From contig JBGAHE010000005.1 in the NCBI GenBank assembly GCA_044226365.1, positions 7,088 to 71,087 on the forward strand: a DNA stretch of 64,000 nt, in the 5' to 3' direction. This DNA is from Bryobacteraceae bacterium (GTDB lineage: Bacteria; Acidobacteriota; Terriglobia; Bryobacterales; Bryobacteraceae). The number at the start of each line of letters is the position of its first letter. The stretch's first letter is position 1. The notes beneath the pieces are model-generated. The model saw only the letters and a list, made by a program, of their open reading frames with translations. It did not search any database and had not been told where the DNA came from. Positions 52,170 to 61,171 of this stretch are shown here, piece after piece. A program made the translations under genes and the position numbers.

Positions 52170-53930
52170 ATGAGTACGTTGATGCGCGGCTTGGGCCGCT
52201 TGTTTTTGTTATTGGCCGTGCTGGCCACCGGCGCCCGGCTGTGGGCGCAGCAACCGTCCCTCACCACCATTCGCGATACGGTCTACCGCGCCGACGGAAA
52301 ACCGTTCAATGGGCTAGTGCTGATCGAATGGAAGTCTTTCCAGACCACCACCAACTCCACCGTCGGCGCCCAGGGCACAACGGTGCAGGTGGTGAACGGG
52401 AACCTCTACGTCCGGCTCACGCCGACCACCACGGCCAACAACGCCTATTACCTGGTGCGTTACAACTCGGATGGCCAGTTCCAGTTCTCCGAAATCTGGT
52501 CGGTGCCCTCCTCGGCGGCGGCCCTGCGCCTGCGTGATGTCCGCGCGACGTTGTTGCCGGGCGGGATTCTGACCGGTGGCGGCAACGGCGGCGTGATCGT
52601 GGGCGAAGTGGGCGGCGGTGGTGGTGTCCCGGGCTTCGGTGACGCGGAAACTCCTGCCGGCGCGATCAACGGCACCAACGCCGTTTTCACTCTCGCCAAC
52701 TCGCCCATCCCGGCCGCCAGCCTGGCCTTGTTCAAAAACGGCCTGCTGCAGACTGCCGGCAGCGACTATACGCTCAGCGGAGCCACCATCACTTTCACTT
52801 CCGGCGCCATCCCCCAGATCGACGACGTGCTCGAAGCCTTCTACCGTACGCCGGCCACCGACGCCACCAGCAACCACGGCCTCCTGAGCACGCTGCACAG
52901 TGACACCACTCCGAGTTCACCGGCTCGTGGCGGCCTCATCGTCGGCTCCAGCGGCGCCACCCCGACCTGGACGCAGCTCCCGCTCGGCACCGCCGGGCGC
53001 TGCCTGACCTCGAACGGGAGCGACCCCGTGTGGGCCCCCTGCCTCTACACGGGCTTGACACCCGGCTCGGTCCCCTTCATCGACTCCAACGGCAGCCTGA
53101 CGCAGAACAGCGGCACGCTGGCCTACAACAACGCCTCGCGCAAGTTCTCCATCGGTAACAATACGCCGCGCGCCACCTTGAACGTCTACGACGCAGCCGC
53201 GAACGGCACCACGGAACTCACGGTCCGCGCCGGACTGAATCAGGGCTCGGTCCCGATGCAGACCTGGATCTCGAACGCCGGTGTCTCGCTCGCCTTCGTG
53301 AATGCCGACGGCGGCTTCAATGTCCGTCGGCTCCTCACTAACTCGACGAACATTCGTCCGGGCTTCAGCGACTCCGGCACGGCCACGGACCCGACGTCCG
53401 GGTTCCTCACCGACGGCGATTCCTGGTACAACACCACCTCGCGCTCACGCAAAACGCAGGAGGCGGGCCAGAGCCACTCGATGGTCCAGATCCTCTGCGC
53501 GAGCCCCGGCGTCACCACTGCGGTAACAGCCTTCACGGACTTGGGCACCTGCACCATTCCGAATGGCTCGCTCTTCGCCGGCGATCGCTTGCTGATCGAG
53601 GCGACTTACCTGCATACCGGGGGCACCACGGTCTCGGAGCTCGACGTCCTGGCCGGCAGCACCACACTCGCCGGTCGTGCGGTACCGGCCGGGGATGATG
53701 TCTACACGATTACCCTCAGCGTGGGCTTCGGCTTGGACCGGGCCGCCTGGTCAGCCCAAAGCGTCGGCGTCGCCTCGGGTACTAACCAGACCTTGGGCCA
53801 AACGACCTTCACTCCGGGCGGAAATTTCGGCCAGTTGCGCTTGCGGGGGCGGTTATTGTCCGCCGGCTCCGACGCCATTCGGCTGATTAATTTCACCGTC
53901 CGCCGCTTGCCATCCCAATTAAATCCGTAA
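52170..53930 (+). CDS. Secreted tail-fibre-like / adhesin-like protein of unknown function
   Basis: AAGGAG RBS 9 nt before the ATG at 52170. Signal peptide MSTLMRGLGRLFLLLAVLATGARLWAQ. Beta-rich, Thr/Gly/Ser/Asn-rich, with a Gly-rich linker (TGGGNGGVIVGEVGGGGGVPG). No catalytic motif. Confidence 0.7.
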   Translation: MSTLMRGLGRLFLLLAVLATGARLWAQQPSLTTIRDTVYRADGKPFNGLVLIEWKSFQTTTNSTVGAQGTTVQVVNGNLYVRLTPTTTANNAYYLVRYNSDGQFQFSEIWSVPSSAAALRLRDVRATLLPGGILTGGGNGGVIVGEVGGGGGVPGFGDAETPAGAINGTNAVFTLANSPIPAASLALFKNGLLQTAGSDYTLSGATITFTSGAIPQIDDVLEAFYRTPATDATSNHGLLSTLHSDTTPSSPARGGLIVGSSGATPTWTQLPLGTAGRCLTSNGSDPVWAPCLYTGLTPGSVPFIDSNGSLTQNSGTLAYNNASRKFSIGNNTPRATLNVYDAAANGTTELTVRAGLNQGSVPMQTWISNAGVSLAFVNADGGFNVRRLLTNSTNIRPGFSDSGTATDPTSGFLTDGDSWYNTTSRSRKTQEAGQSHSMVQILCASPGVTTAVTAFTDLGTCTIPNGSLFAGDRLLIEATYLHTGGTTVSELDVLAGSTTLAGRAVPAGDDVYTITLSVGFGLDRAAWSAQSVGVASGTNQTLGQTTFTPGGNFGQLRLRGRLLSAGSDAIRLINFTVRRLPSQLNP

Positions 53931-54092
53931 CTTAGCCTCCCTTTTGGGACCTCCGTACCAGGATCGGGGAACTAGACCTTTAGGGGCAAAATCCCCCGAT
54001 CCTAGGGTTCCAGGAGTGTTGTTTTTGTAACGGTACCAAGGCACTATCTTGTTAAGGGGAGATGCGGTACTCGAATGCGAGAAGTGGAGACT

Positions 54093-54299
54093 ATGAAGAT
54101 GAAATTGCGCGAACTTAGCCCACAAAAAATGCTGCGCGCCTTACTGAAGGACGAGAGCGGCCAGGACCTGATCGAATACGCTTTGCTGGTCGGCTTCATG
54201 GTCATTGCCATTTACGTCGTCCTGCCCAACGACCTGATGCCCACCGTCAGCAAGATCTTTTCTCGCATCGTCGGTATCTTCAGTTCTACGCCGGCGTAA
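54093..54299 (+). CDS. Flp-family type IVb pilin
   Basis: GQDLIEYALLVGFMVIAIYVVL matches the Flp motif (G/XXXXEY followed by a hydrophobic helix). Start at 54093 (MKMKL) or 54075. Confidence 0.8.
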   Translation: MKMKLRELSPQKMLRALLKDESGQDLIEYALLVGFMVIAIYVVLPNDLMPTVSKIFSRIVGIFSSTPA

Positions 54300-54355
54300 G
54301 CTGGGTCTCCCGTGTGCGGCGGGGAAACTCGCCGCGCCCTCCAACCTGAAAGGGC

Positions 54356-55981
54356 TTAAGCCTTTTCGAGCTCGAGAGCTTCCTGCTGTTCACGTTCGAA
54401 GCGAACCTTACCCTGCCACTCCTGCCACAAGGTCGACCCACCCGCCCAGAAGTAACCACAGACAAACAGCATCAGGAACGGAATCGATAAGTAGTTGTAA
54501 GTATCAATCGCGTAAGCCACCATGGCCAGAAACGCCGTGCCGCACGCGAGTTCCAGATACGGCAGCCAACCCGACCGGCGCCGATACTTCCGCTGCTTAT
54601 TCTGATGCTGACCCTTCGCGACGGCATATTTCGGCGTGCGCACGAACGCGCTGTGCTGGCGCAAGAGCGCTTCGATCACCGACTTCGTGTTCGACAGCGT
54701 CAGCATCACGCCCACCGCCATCAGCGCGGGCAAGAAGATAATCGACCGCTTCCAGGTCTGTGGATAAAGCTCGCGCTGCGCCACCAGGTAGAAGGCGCCG
54801 ATCGACGCGAAGTTGGCGATGATCAGCGGCACATCCAGGAACACCATCTCCACCCAACCCATGTAGAACCGCACGATCATCACCGGCAGCATCAGCGCCG
54901 AAACGACGATCATCAGCGGGTAGGAGATATTCGGCGTCAGATGGAGCCAGGCTTCCAGCTTCACTTTGAACGGCAGGTCCGCGCGTCGGATCATCGGCCA
55001 AAGCTTGATCGCGCACTGGGTCAGGCCTTTGCTCCAGCGCTGTTGCTGCACCTGGAACGCATGCGTCTCCACCGGCAGTTCCGACGGACAATCCACCGCG
55101 GGCACGTAAGCAAAGCGCCAGCCCTTCAACTGCGCGCGATAGCTCAGATCCGAGTCCTCGGTGAGCGTATCGTGCTGCCAGCCGCCCGCGTCGCGAATCA
55201 TCGCCTTCCGCAGGATGCCGGCCGTGCCGTTGAAATTGAAGAAAAGGTCATTCCCGCTGCGAGCGCCGTGCTCCAGAATGAAGTGCGCATCGAGCAGCAT
55301 GGCCTGCACTTCCGTCAGCAGGTTGGAATCGCGATTGATGTGGCTCCAGCGGGTCTGCACCACGCCGATCTTGTCGTCGGTGAAGTAGTGGATCGTACGT
55401 TCGAGAAAATCGACCGGCGGCAGGAAGTCGGCGTCAAAGACCGCGACGAACTCGCCGATCGCCGTTTCGAGCCCGTGCTCGAGCGCGCCGGCTTTGAACC
55501 CAGTCCGGTCAACGCGGTGAATGTATTCGATGTTGTGGCCCTCGGCCCGGTAGCGCGCGCACAGCGCCGACGTAAAAGCCGAGGACTCGTCCGTCGAATC
55601 GTCCAGCACCTGCACCTGAAACAGATGTTTCGGGTACCGCATCTCGAGGGTCGTCTTGATCAGCCGCTCCACCACGAACTGCTCGTTGAATAGCGGCAAC
55701 TGAATCGTTACCGGCGGCAACTCGTCCCAGAGCTTGGCCGGAGGCTGATTCAGCTTCCTCTTCACCCGGAAGTACTCGTGGATCACCTTATAGCGGTGCA
55801 AGCCGTAGAGCGACAGGATCAGCAACGTGCCGAAATAGGGGATCAGGATCGCCCAGTCGAACCATGTTAATTGATGGATTCCGGCAAACGTATCGTCGAA
55901 CAGCGCGTTTAAGATCTTGTCAGTCGTCGACGCGGCAAACAACGGATGGATGGTGGTTACCATGGCAGTGTTTCGATGCAA
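54356..55981 (-). CDS. Processive family 2 glycosyltransferase (cellulose-synthase/CslA-like, multi-TM)
   Basis: VLDDSTD, FDADFLP (DxD), TEDSDLS and QQQRWSKG (QxxRW), flanked by N- and C-terminal TM helices. No PilZ domain seen. Alternative start at 55963. Confidence 0.85.
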   Translation of the reverse strand: MHRNTAMVTTIHPLFAASTTDKILNALFDDTFAGIHQLTWFDWAILIPYFGTLLILSLYGLHRYKVIHEYFRVKRKLNQPPAKLWDELPPVTIQLPLFNEQFVVERLIKTTLEMRYPKHLFQVQVLDDSTDESSAFTSALCARYRAEGHNIEYIHRVDRTGFKAGALEHGLETAIGEFVAVFDADFLPPVDFLERTIHYFTDDKIGVVQTRWSHINRDSNLLTEVQAMLLDAHFILEHGARSGNDLFFNFNGTAGILRKAMIRDAGGWQHDTLTEDSDLSYRAQLKGWRFAYVPAVDCPSELPVETHAFQVQQQRWSKGLTQCAIKLWPMIRRADLPFKVKLEAWLHLTPNISYPLMIVVSALMLPVMIVRFYMGWVEMVFLDVPLIIANFASIGAFYLVAQRELYPQTWKRSIIFLPALMAVGVMLTLSNTKSVIEALLRQHSAFVRTPKYAVAKGQHQNKQRKYRRRSGWLPYLELACGTAFLAMVAYAIDTYNYLSIPFLMLFVCGYFWAGGSTLWQEWQGKVRFEREQQEALELEKA

Positions 55982-56261
55982 AACACGCTCTGAGGATTCG
56001 CCGTCATGGCGCTAGGGTGGGAAGCGTGCTTGGCGGCCAGGGCTTCGGTCCACGATCCGCATCGAGTCTTGCTCGAGATTTCGATGACCACTATTTTAGC
56101 AGATCTTCACGTTCGTCCCGCACCAGTTTCCCTGGCGCACCTGCAAATTGATATCCGTGAACGCAACCGCCTCATTCCACGTGGCTTGATTCCCACGCCC
56201 TCCCTCTCCGTCGTACTATAGGAAGCACGGTACTATCGGAGGAGGAGAAACACGTTCCCTT

Positions 56262-56657
56262 ATGGGCATGGAGTCACATGTCAAGGTTCTCGGCATTCTG
56301 TACGTCGGTCTCGGCGTGCTGGGTGGGTTGGCGGCCTTGATTTTATTAATCAGTTTTGGCGGCTTCAGCGGCCTGATGGTGCAAGCCGAGCGCTCGGACT
56401 TTGTGTCCGGCCCGATGGTGCAAGTCATCCGCTTTTTCGGCGGCGGGATCACGGCTGTGATGCTCCTGCTCGCCATCCCCTCCGTTGTCGTGGGACTTGG
56501 ATTGATGAAATTTCGCCCGTGGGCACGCTCCCTCTCGATGGTCGTCGCCACCCTCCATATTGTGAACATCCCGTTCGGTACGATCCTGGCCCTTTACAGC
56601 TTCTGGGTCCTGATGTCTCCCGAAACCGAACCGCTGTTCAGTCCTCCCCTCTACTAA
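56262..56657 (+). CDS. Hypothetical small membrane protein
   Basis: 131 aa, four hydrophobic helices, GGAGGAGGA RBS upstream. Confidence 0.6.
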   Translation: MGMESHVKVLGILYVGLGVLGGLAALILLISFGGFSGLMVQAERSDFVSGPMVQVIRFFGGGITAVMLLLAIPSVVVGLGLMKFRPWARSLSMVVATLHIVNIPFGTILALYSFWVLMSPETEPLFSPPLY

Positions 56658-56663
56658 CCTGCC

Positions 56664-57278
56664 ATGCCCTTTGACCTTGACCCTGTAGAAGCGCGCGTCC
56701 TCGGCTGCCTTGTCGAGAAGGAGATGGCCACTCCTGACTATTACCCTCTGTCCCTGAACGCGCTGGTGAACGCTTGCAACCAGAAGTCGTCCCGCGATCC
56801 GCTCATGTCGCTCACCGAGGACGCGGTCACCGTCGGGCTCGACAAACTGCGTCACCGGGGAATGGCCTTGATTTATACGGGCCGCGATAGCCGCGTCCCG
56901 AAACACGGGCATCGTTTGGTCGAGCGCCTCGAAGTCGGCAATCGGGAACTGGCCGTTCTCGCGTGCCTTCTCCTGCGCGGCCCGCAAACCCTCGGCGAGA
57001 TTCGCGCCAGAACGCAATCCCTCTACGACTTCGAAGACATGGAGAGCGTAGAAGGCGTGCTCCGCAAACTATCCGAACGCGCGGACCCTCTCGCGAAACC
57101 CGTCTCCAATCGCTGGGCCCATCTCCTCTGCGGCGACGTCGCTGGGTTTGCCCCCCCCACGCCGAGTCCTTCCTCCGGCGACCGGGTGAGTAAGCTCGAG
57201 GAGCAAGTCGCTGACCTCTCCGCTCGCTTGGCGCAACTCGAGGGCGAGATCGCCAGCTTCCGGAAGCAGTTCGAGTAA
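56664..57278 (+). CDS. YceH/DUF480-family protein
   Basis: LDPVEARVLGCLVEKEMATPDYYPLSLNALVNACNQKSSRDP is the characteristic DUF480 N-terminus. C-terminal coiled-coil. Confidence 0.85.
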   Translation: MPFDLDPVEARVLGCLVEKEMATPDYYPLSLNALVNACNQKSSRDPLMSLTEDAVTVGLDKLRHRGMALIYTGRDSRVPKHGHRLVERLEVGNRELAVLACLLLRGPQTLGEIRARTQSLYDFEDMESVEGVLRKLSERADPLAKPVSNRWAHLLCGDVAGFAPPTPSPSSGDRVSKLEEQVADLSARLAQLEGEIASFRKQFE

Positions 57279-57284
57279 CCCCCT

Positions 57285-58409
57285 ATGAAAATGCGCGCCG
57301 CGGTCCTCCGCGAAATGCAGCGGCCTCTACCTTACGTGGAGTCGCGGCCCTTTACCATCGAAGAAGTCGACCTCGAGCCGCCCGGCGAAGGCGAGTTGCT
57401 CATCCGCATCCACGCCGCCGGCCTCTGCCACTCGGACCTCTCCACCGTCAATGGCGACCGTCCCCGGTCCATGCCCATGGTCCTTGGTCATGAGGCTGCC
57501 GGACTCGTCGTCGAGTGCGGCCCAGGCGTGCATGACCTCGCGCCCGGCGATCACGTCGTGATGGTCTTCGCGCCGCGCTGCGGACGGTGCGCGCCCTGCA
57601 TCGAAGGCCGCCCCGGCCTCTGTGAGCCGGGTCAGCAAGCCAACGGCGCCGGCACGCTCCTCGGCGGAGGCATGCGCCTCTCGCAGAATGGTCAACGGAT
57701 CTATCACCACATCGGCGTCTCCGCCTTCGCTGAGTACGCCGTCGTCAATCGCGGCTCCGCCATCAAGGTGCCCGCGCACCTTCCCTACGAACAGGCGGCC
57801 TTGTTCGGGTGCGCCGTGCTCACTGGCGTAGGCGCGGTAGTCAACACCGCCAAAGTCCAGCCGAGCCAGCGCGTTGCCGTCATCGGACTCGGCGGCGTGG
57901 GCCTCAATGCCGTTCTCGGCGCGCAACTCGCCAGCGCCAGCGCCGTCATCGCCATCGACGTCCATCAGGACAAACTGATGCTGGCCAAATCACTCGGCGC
58001 CACGCACGTCTTTGACGCCGCCTCACCAACGTTGGTCGCCGACGTAAAGGACGCCACGCAAGGCGGCGTCGACTTCGCCTTCGAGATGGCCGGCGCCACG
58101 GCCGCTCTCGAAGCCGCCTATCGCGTCACCCGCCGCGGCGGCACCACCGTCACCGCCAGCCTGCCGCATCCCGATTCGCGCTGGCCAATGCCGCCCACGA
58201 ATCTGGTCGCCGAAGAGCGCACCCTCAAGGGCAGCTACATCGGCTCCTGCGTGGCCGCGCGCGACGTCCCCCGCTTTATCCAGCTCTTCGAACAAGGTCG
58301 CCTGCCCGTCACCGCGCTGCTCAGCGAACGCCTCACCCTGGACCAGATCAACGAAGGCTTTGATCGCCTGGCCGCCGCCCAAACCGTTCGCCAGATCATC
58401 GTCACGTGA
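57285..58409 (+). CDS. Zn-dependent alcohol dehydrogenase (class III / MDR family)
   Basis: AAGLCHSDLS, LGHEAAGLVVECG, structural Zn CGRCAPCIEGRPGLC, Rossmann VIGLGGVGL. Confidence 0.88.
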   Translation: MKMRAAVLREMQRPLPYVESRPFTIEEVDLEPPGEGELLIRIHAAGLCHSDLSTVNGDRPRSMPMVLGHEAAGLVVECGPGVHDLAPGDHVVMVFAPRCGRCAPCIEGRPGLCEPGQQANGAGTLLGGGMRLSQNGQRIYHHIGVSAFAEYAVVNRGSAIKVPAHLPYEQAALFGCAVLTGVGAVVNTAKVQPSQRVAVIGLGGVGLNAVLGAQLASASAVIAIDVHQDKLMLAKSLGATHVFDAASPTLVADVKDATQGGVDFAFEMAGATAALEAAYRVTRRGGTTVTASLPHPDSRWPMPPTNLVAEERTLKGSYIGSCVAARDVPRFIQLFEQGRLPVTALLSERLTLDQINEGFDRLAAAQTVRQIIVT

Positions 58410-58422
58410 TACCGTCTTCCTG

Positions 58423-59451
58423 ATGCACGCGCTGCTCTTCGTTCTCGCCCTCGCGCAGGACCGTCCCCAACTCGTCCTCACCAATTCTCACGCTGAAGCC
58501 GCCTTCGACCTGGGCGGCGGCTCCTTCGTCTCCTTCAAGCTCAAGAACGGCGTCAATCCGCTGCGCTGGCTGGGCCCGGGTGACGAAAAGCAAACCAATC
58601 GCCCCATGGCGCACTTCCTGTGCCTTGACCGTTGGGGCGCTCCCAGCGATCCGGAACTCGCCAACGGCATGCCGTATCACGGTGAAGCGACCCGCGTGCC
58701 GTGGAAGGCGCTCGATGCCAACACCATGTCCGCCTCCTTGCCCATGGCCGGTCTCGACGTGGTCCGCCAGGCGCACCTCGCTCCGGGCGCCGCGCTGATC
58801 ACGGTCGATGAGACCGTCACCAACCGCAACAAGCTCGGCAAGCTCTACAACATGGTGCAGCACCCCACCATCGGTCCGCCCTTCCTCGATGAAGACACCG
58901 TCGTCGACGCCAATGCCCGCCGCGGCTTCTCGCAAGGCTCGCCTCTGCCCAACCCCGAGGAACCATCCTTCGTCTGGCCACAAGCACTCAACGACTCGGT
59001 CTCGGTCGACATGCGCCGCCTCACGAACGACCCCAACCCGAACGTCGTCTCCTATGTCATCGACGAGCCGCTGGGCTGGGCCACCGCCTCCAACGCCAAG
59101 CTCGGGTTAATGATCGGCTACCTCTGGAAGACCAGCGACTATCCCTGGTTCAACGCCTGGCGTCACGTCGACCGCAACCAGAAGCCGCTCGCCCGCGGCC
59201 TCGAATTCGGCACCACCGGGCTCCACCAACCCTTCCCCATCCTAGTGCGCAAGGGCTCGATCTTCGGCCGCTCCATCTACACCTACCTCGATACCGGCGA
59301 AAAGGTCACGCGTTCTTACGCGGCGTTCCTCCTGTCCATCCCGTCGAACTGGCGGGGCGTGGCGCGCGTGGAAACCGCGGCGGGCAAGGTGATCGTCCAT
59401 GAGCGCGGCTCATCGCGCAAACTGGAAGTTGCGGCCGCGCCGCAATGGTAG
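58423..59451 (+). CDS. Hypothetical exported protein, possibly galactose-mutarotase-like fold
   Basis: ATG at 58423 with a short signal-like MHALLFVLALAQ. PYHGEATRVPW and GLEFGTTG loosely recall aldose-1-epimerase-like proteins. The family call is weak. Confidence 0.55.
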   Translation: MHALLFVLALAQDRPQLVLTNSHAEAAFDLGGGSFVSFKLKNGVNPLRWLGPGDEKQTNRPMAHFLCLDRWGAPSDPELANGMPYHGEATRVPWKALDANTMSASLPMAGLDVVRQAHLAPGAALITVDETVTNRNKLGKLYNMVQHPTIGPPFLDEDTVVDANARRGFSQGSPLPNPEEPSFVWPQALNDSVSVDMRRLTNDPNPNVVSYVIDEPLGWATASNAKLGLMIGYLWKTSDYPWFNAWRHVDRNQKPLARGLEFGTTGLHQPFPILVRKGSIFGRSIYTYLDTGEKVTRSYAAFLLSIPSNWRGVARVETAAGKVIVHERGSSRKLEVAAAPQW

Positions 59452-59458
59452 CCTCCTC

Positions 59459-59905
59459 GTGGTCAAGTTTCGATACAGCTCTTACATCGCCGCCCCCCTC
59501 TCCGCTGTCTGGGCCTTCCATGAACGGCCGGACGCGATTCAGTTGCTCACCCCGCCCGAAACGCCCCTGATCGTCGAAGAGCGCACGGGCGGGCTCGAGG
59601 TCGGGGCACGGCTCACCATGCGCATCACCCACCTGCGCTTCCGCTGGGTCGCCGAACATACGGAGTACGAATACCAGCGCCTGTTTACCGATCGCCAGGT
59701 CAGCGGTCCCTTCCGCAGTTGGGTCCACCGACACCGTTTCCTCGCCGAAGGCGTCGGCACTCGGCTCACTGATGAAATCGAGTTCAGCCTTCCGGGCGGC
59801 GCGCTCACCAACTGGTTGTTCGGCTGGGCCATCCGGATTCAGTTGCGCACGCTCTTTCGCTACCGTCATGCCATGACCGAGATCGAGTGCGGGGCCAAAC
59901 CGTGA
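59459..59905 (+). CDS. SRPBCC (START/cyclase-dehydrase-like) family protein
   Basis: SSYIAAPLSAVWAFHERPDAIQLLTPP...FRWVAEHTEY...FTDRQVSGPFRSWVHRHRF is typical of the SRPBCC ligand-binding fold. The GTG start at 59459 is chosen to avoid overlap; start uncertain. Confidence 0.7.
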   Translation: MVKFRYSSYIAAPLSAVWAFHERPDAIQLLTPPETPLIVEERTGGLEVGARLTMRITHLRFRWVAEHTEYEYQRLFTDRQVSGPFRSWVHRHRFLAEGVGTRLTDEIEFSLPGGALTNWLFGWAIRIQLRTLFRYRHAMTEIECGAKP

Positions 59906-59917
59906 TCAAATAACGCG

Positions 59918-61171
59918 GTGAGCACCTCTGCGTTATCGGCCGTTCGCTTCCGCGTCGCCGCCTTCACTGTCGCCCTGGCCTTCGTCACCTACCTCGATCG
60001 CGTCTGCATTAGCAAACTCGCCGGCCCCATCTCGGCGGACCTCGGACTCTCAATGCAGCAGATGGGTTTCGTCTTCAGCGCCTTCACCCTCGCCTACGCA
60101 ATCTTCGAAGTCCCCACGGCCCGCTGGGCGGACCGCCTTGGCTCGCGCAAAGTCCTCACCCGCATCGTCATCTGGTGGAGCGTCTTCACCATCGCCACGG
60201 CCGCCGCCTTCAACTTCGCCAGCCTCATCGTCATTCGGTTTCTGTTCGGCATCGGTGAAGCCGGCGCCTGGCCCGTTGCCGCCCGCGCCTTAAGCCGCTG
60301 GATCCCCCAGCAGGAACGCGGACGCATCCAAGGCATCTTCTTCGCCGGCGCCCATCTGGCGGGTGGCATCACGCCCTATCTTGCTTTCGTGCTGGAACAG
60401 TATGTCGGCTGGCGCGCCGTCTTTGTCATCTTCGGCTGCGTCGGCTTCTGCTGGGCCGCAGCCTGGTATTGGTGGTTCCGCGATGAGCCTCGCGAGCACC
60501 CGTTGGTCACGCCCGCCGAACGCGACTACATCGAAGCCAACCGCGCCGGCGACTCCCCGCACGGCACCGCCAACATCTGGGGACGCATCCTCCGCCACCC
60601 CTCGATGCTCGGGCTCTGCATCATGTACATCGCCAACACTTACGGCTTCTACTTCATCATCACCTGGCTGCCCAAATACCTGGAAGCCGAGCGCGGCTTC
60701 AGCGGCGCCCAACTCGCCGCGCTCTCCGGCCTGCCTCTCATCCTGAGCATCGCGGGCGACTTCGGCGGCGGTTGGGCAACGGACTGGGCCACGCAGCGCT
60801 TTGGCCTCCGCTACGGCCGCGCCGTCTGCGCGGGCGTCGCCAATCTGATCGCGGGCCTGGCCATGGCCGGCGCCGCCGTCGTCGCCAGTCCCGTGCTGGC
60901 CGCGCTGCTGATCGCCGTCTCCATCGCCACCAGCATGTTCACGCTCGCCGCCAGTTGGGCCACCTGCGTCGACATCGGCGGCACCAATGCCGGCGTCGTC
61001 GCTGCTTTCATGAACACCAGCGGCCAGATCGGGGGCATCGTCGGACCTTCGCTCGTCCCGTGGCTCGTGGACGGCCACGGCGGCTGGCCCATGTCGATTG
61101 CGATCATGAGCGCGCTCTATCTGATCGCGTCCGCCTGCTGGCTTTTCATCGACGCGCGCCACAAGCTCTAA
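59918..61171 (+). CDS. MFS transporter (anion:cation symporter / hexuronate-galactonate transporter-like)
   Basis: 12-TM pattern. VTYLDRVCISKLAGPISADLGLS...FEVPTARWADRLGSRKVL is typical of ACS-family MFS proteins. Confidence 0.85.
   Translation: MSTSALSAVRFRVAAFTVALAFVTYLDRVCISKLAGPISADLGLSMQQMGFVFSAFTLAYAIFEVPTARWADRLGSRKVLTRIVIWWSVFTIATAAAFNFASLIVIRFLFGIGEAGAWPVAARALSRWIPQQERGRIQGIFFAGAHLAGGITPYLAFVLEQYVGWRAVFVIFGCVGFCWAAAWYWWFRDEPREHPLVTPAERDYIEANRAGDSPHGTANIWGRILRHPSMLGLCIMYIANTYGFYFIITWLPKYLEAERGFSGAQLAALSGLPLILSIAGDFGGGWATDWATQRFGLRYGRAVCAGVANLIAGLAMAGAAVVASPVLAALLIAVSIATSMFTLAASWATCVDIGGTNAGVVAAFMNTSGQIGGIVGPSLVPWLVDGHGGWPMSIAIMSALYLIASACWLFIDARHKL

Noticed and set aside
52170-53930. 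Prophage or tailocin region around the tail-fibre-like gene
   Set aside because: No integrase, terminase, portal, capsid, sheath, tube or baseplate genes, att-like repeats or tRNA in the flanks. Only a single fibre-like gene, so I do not call a mobile element.
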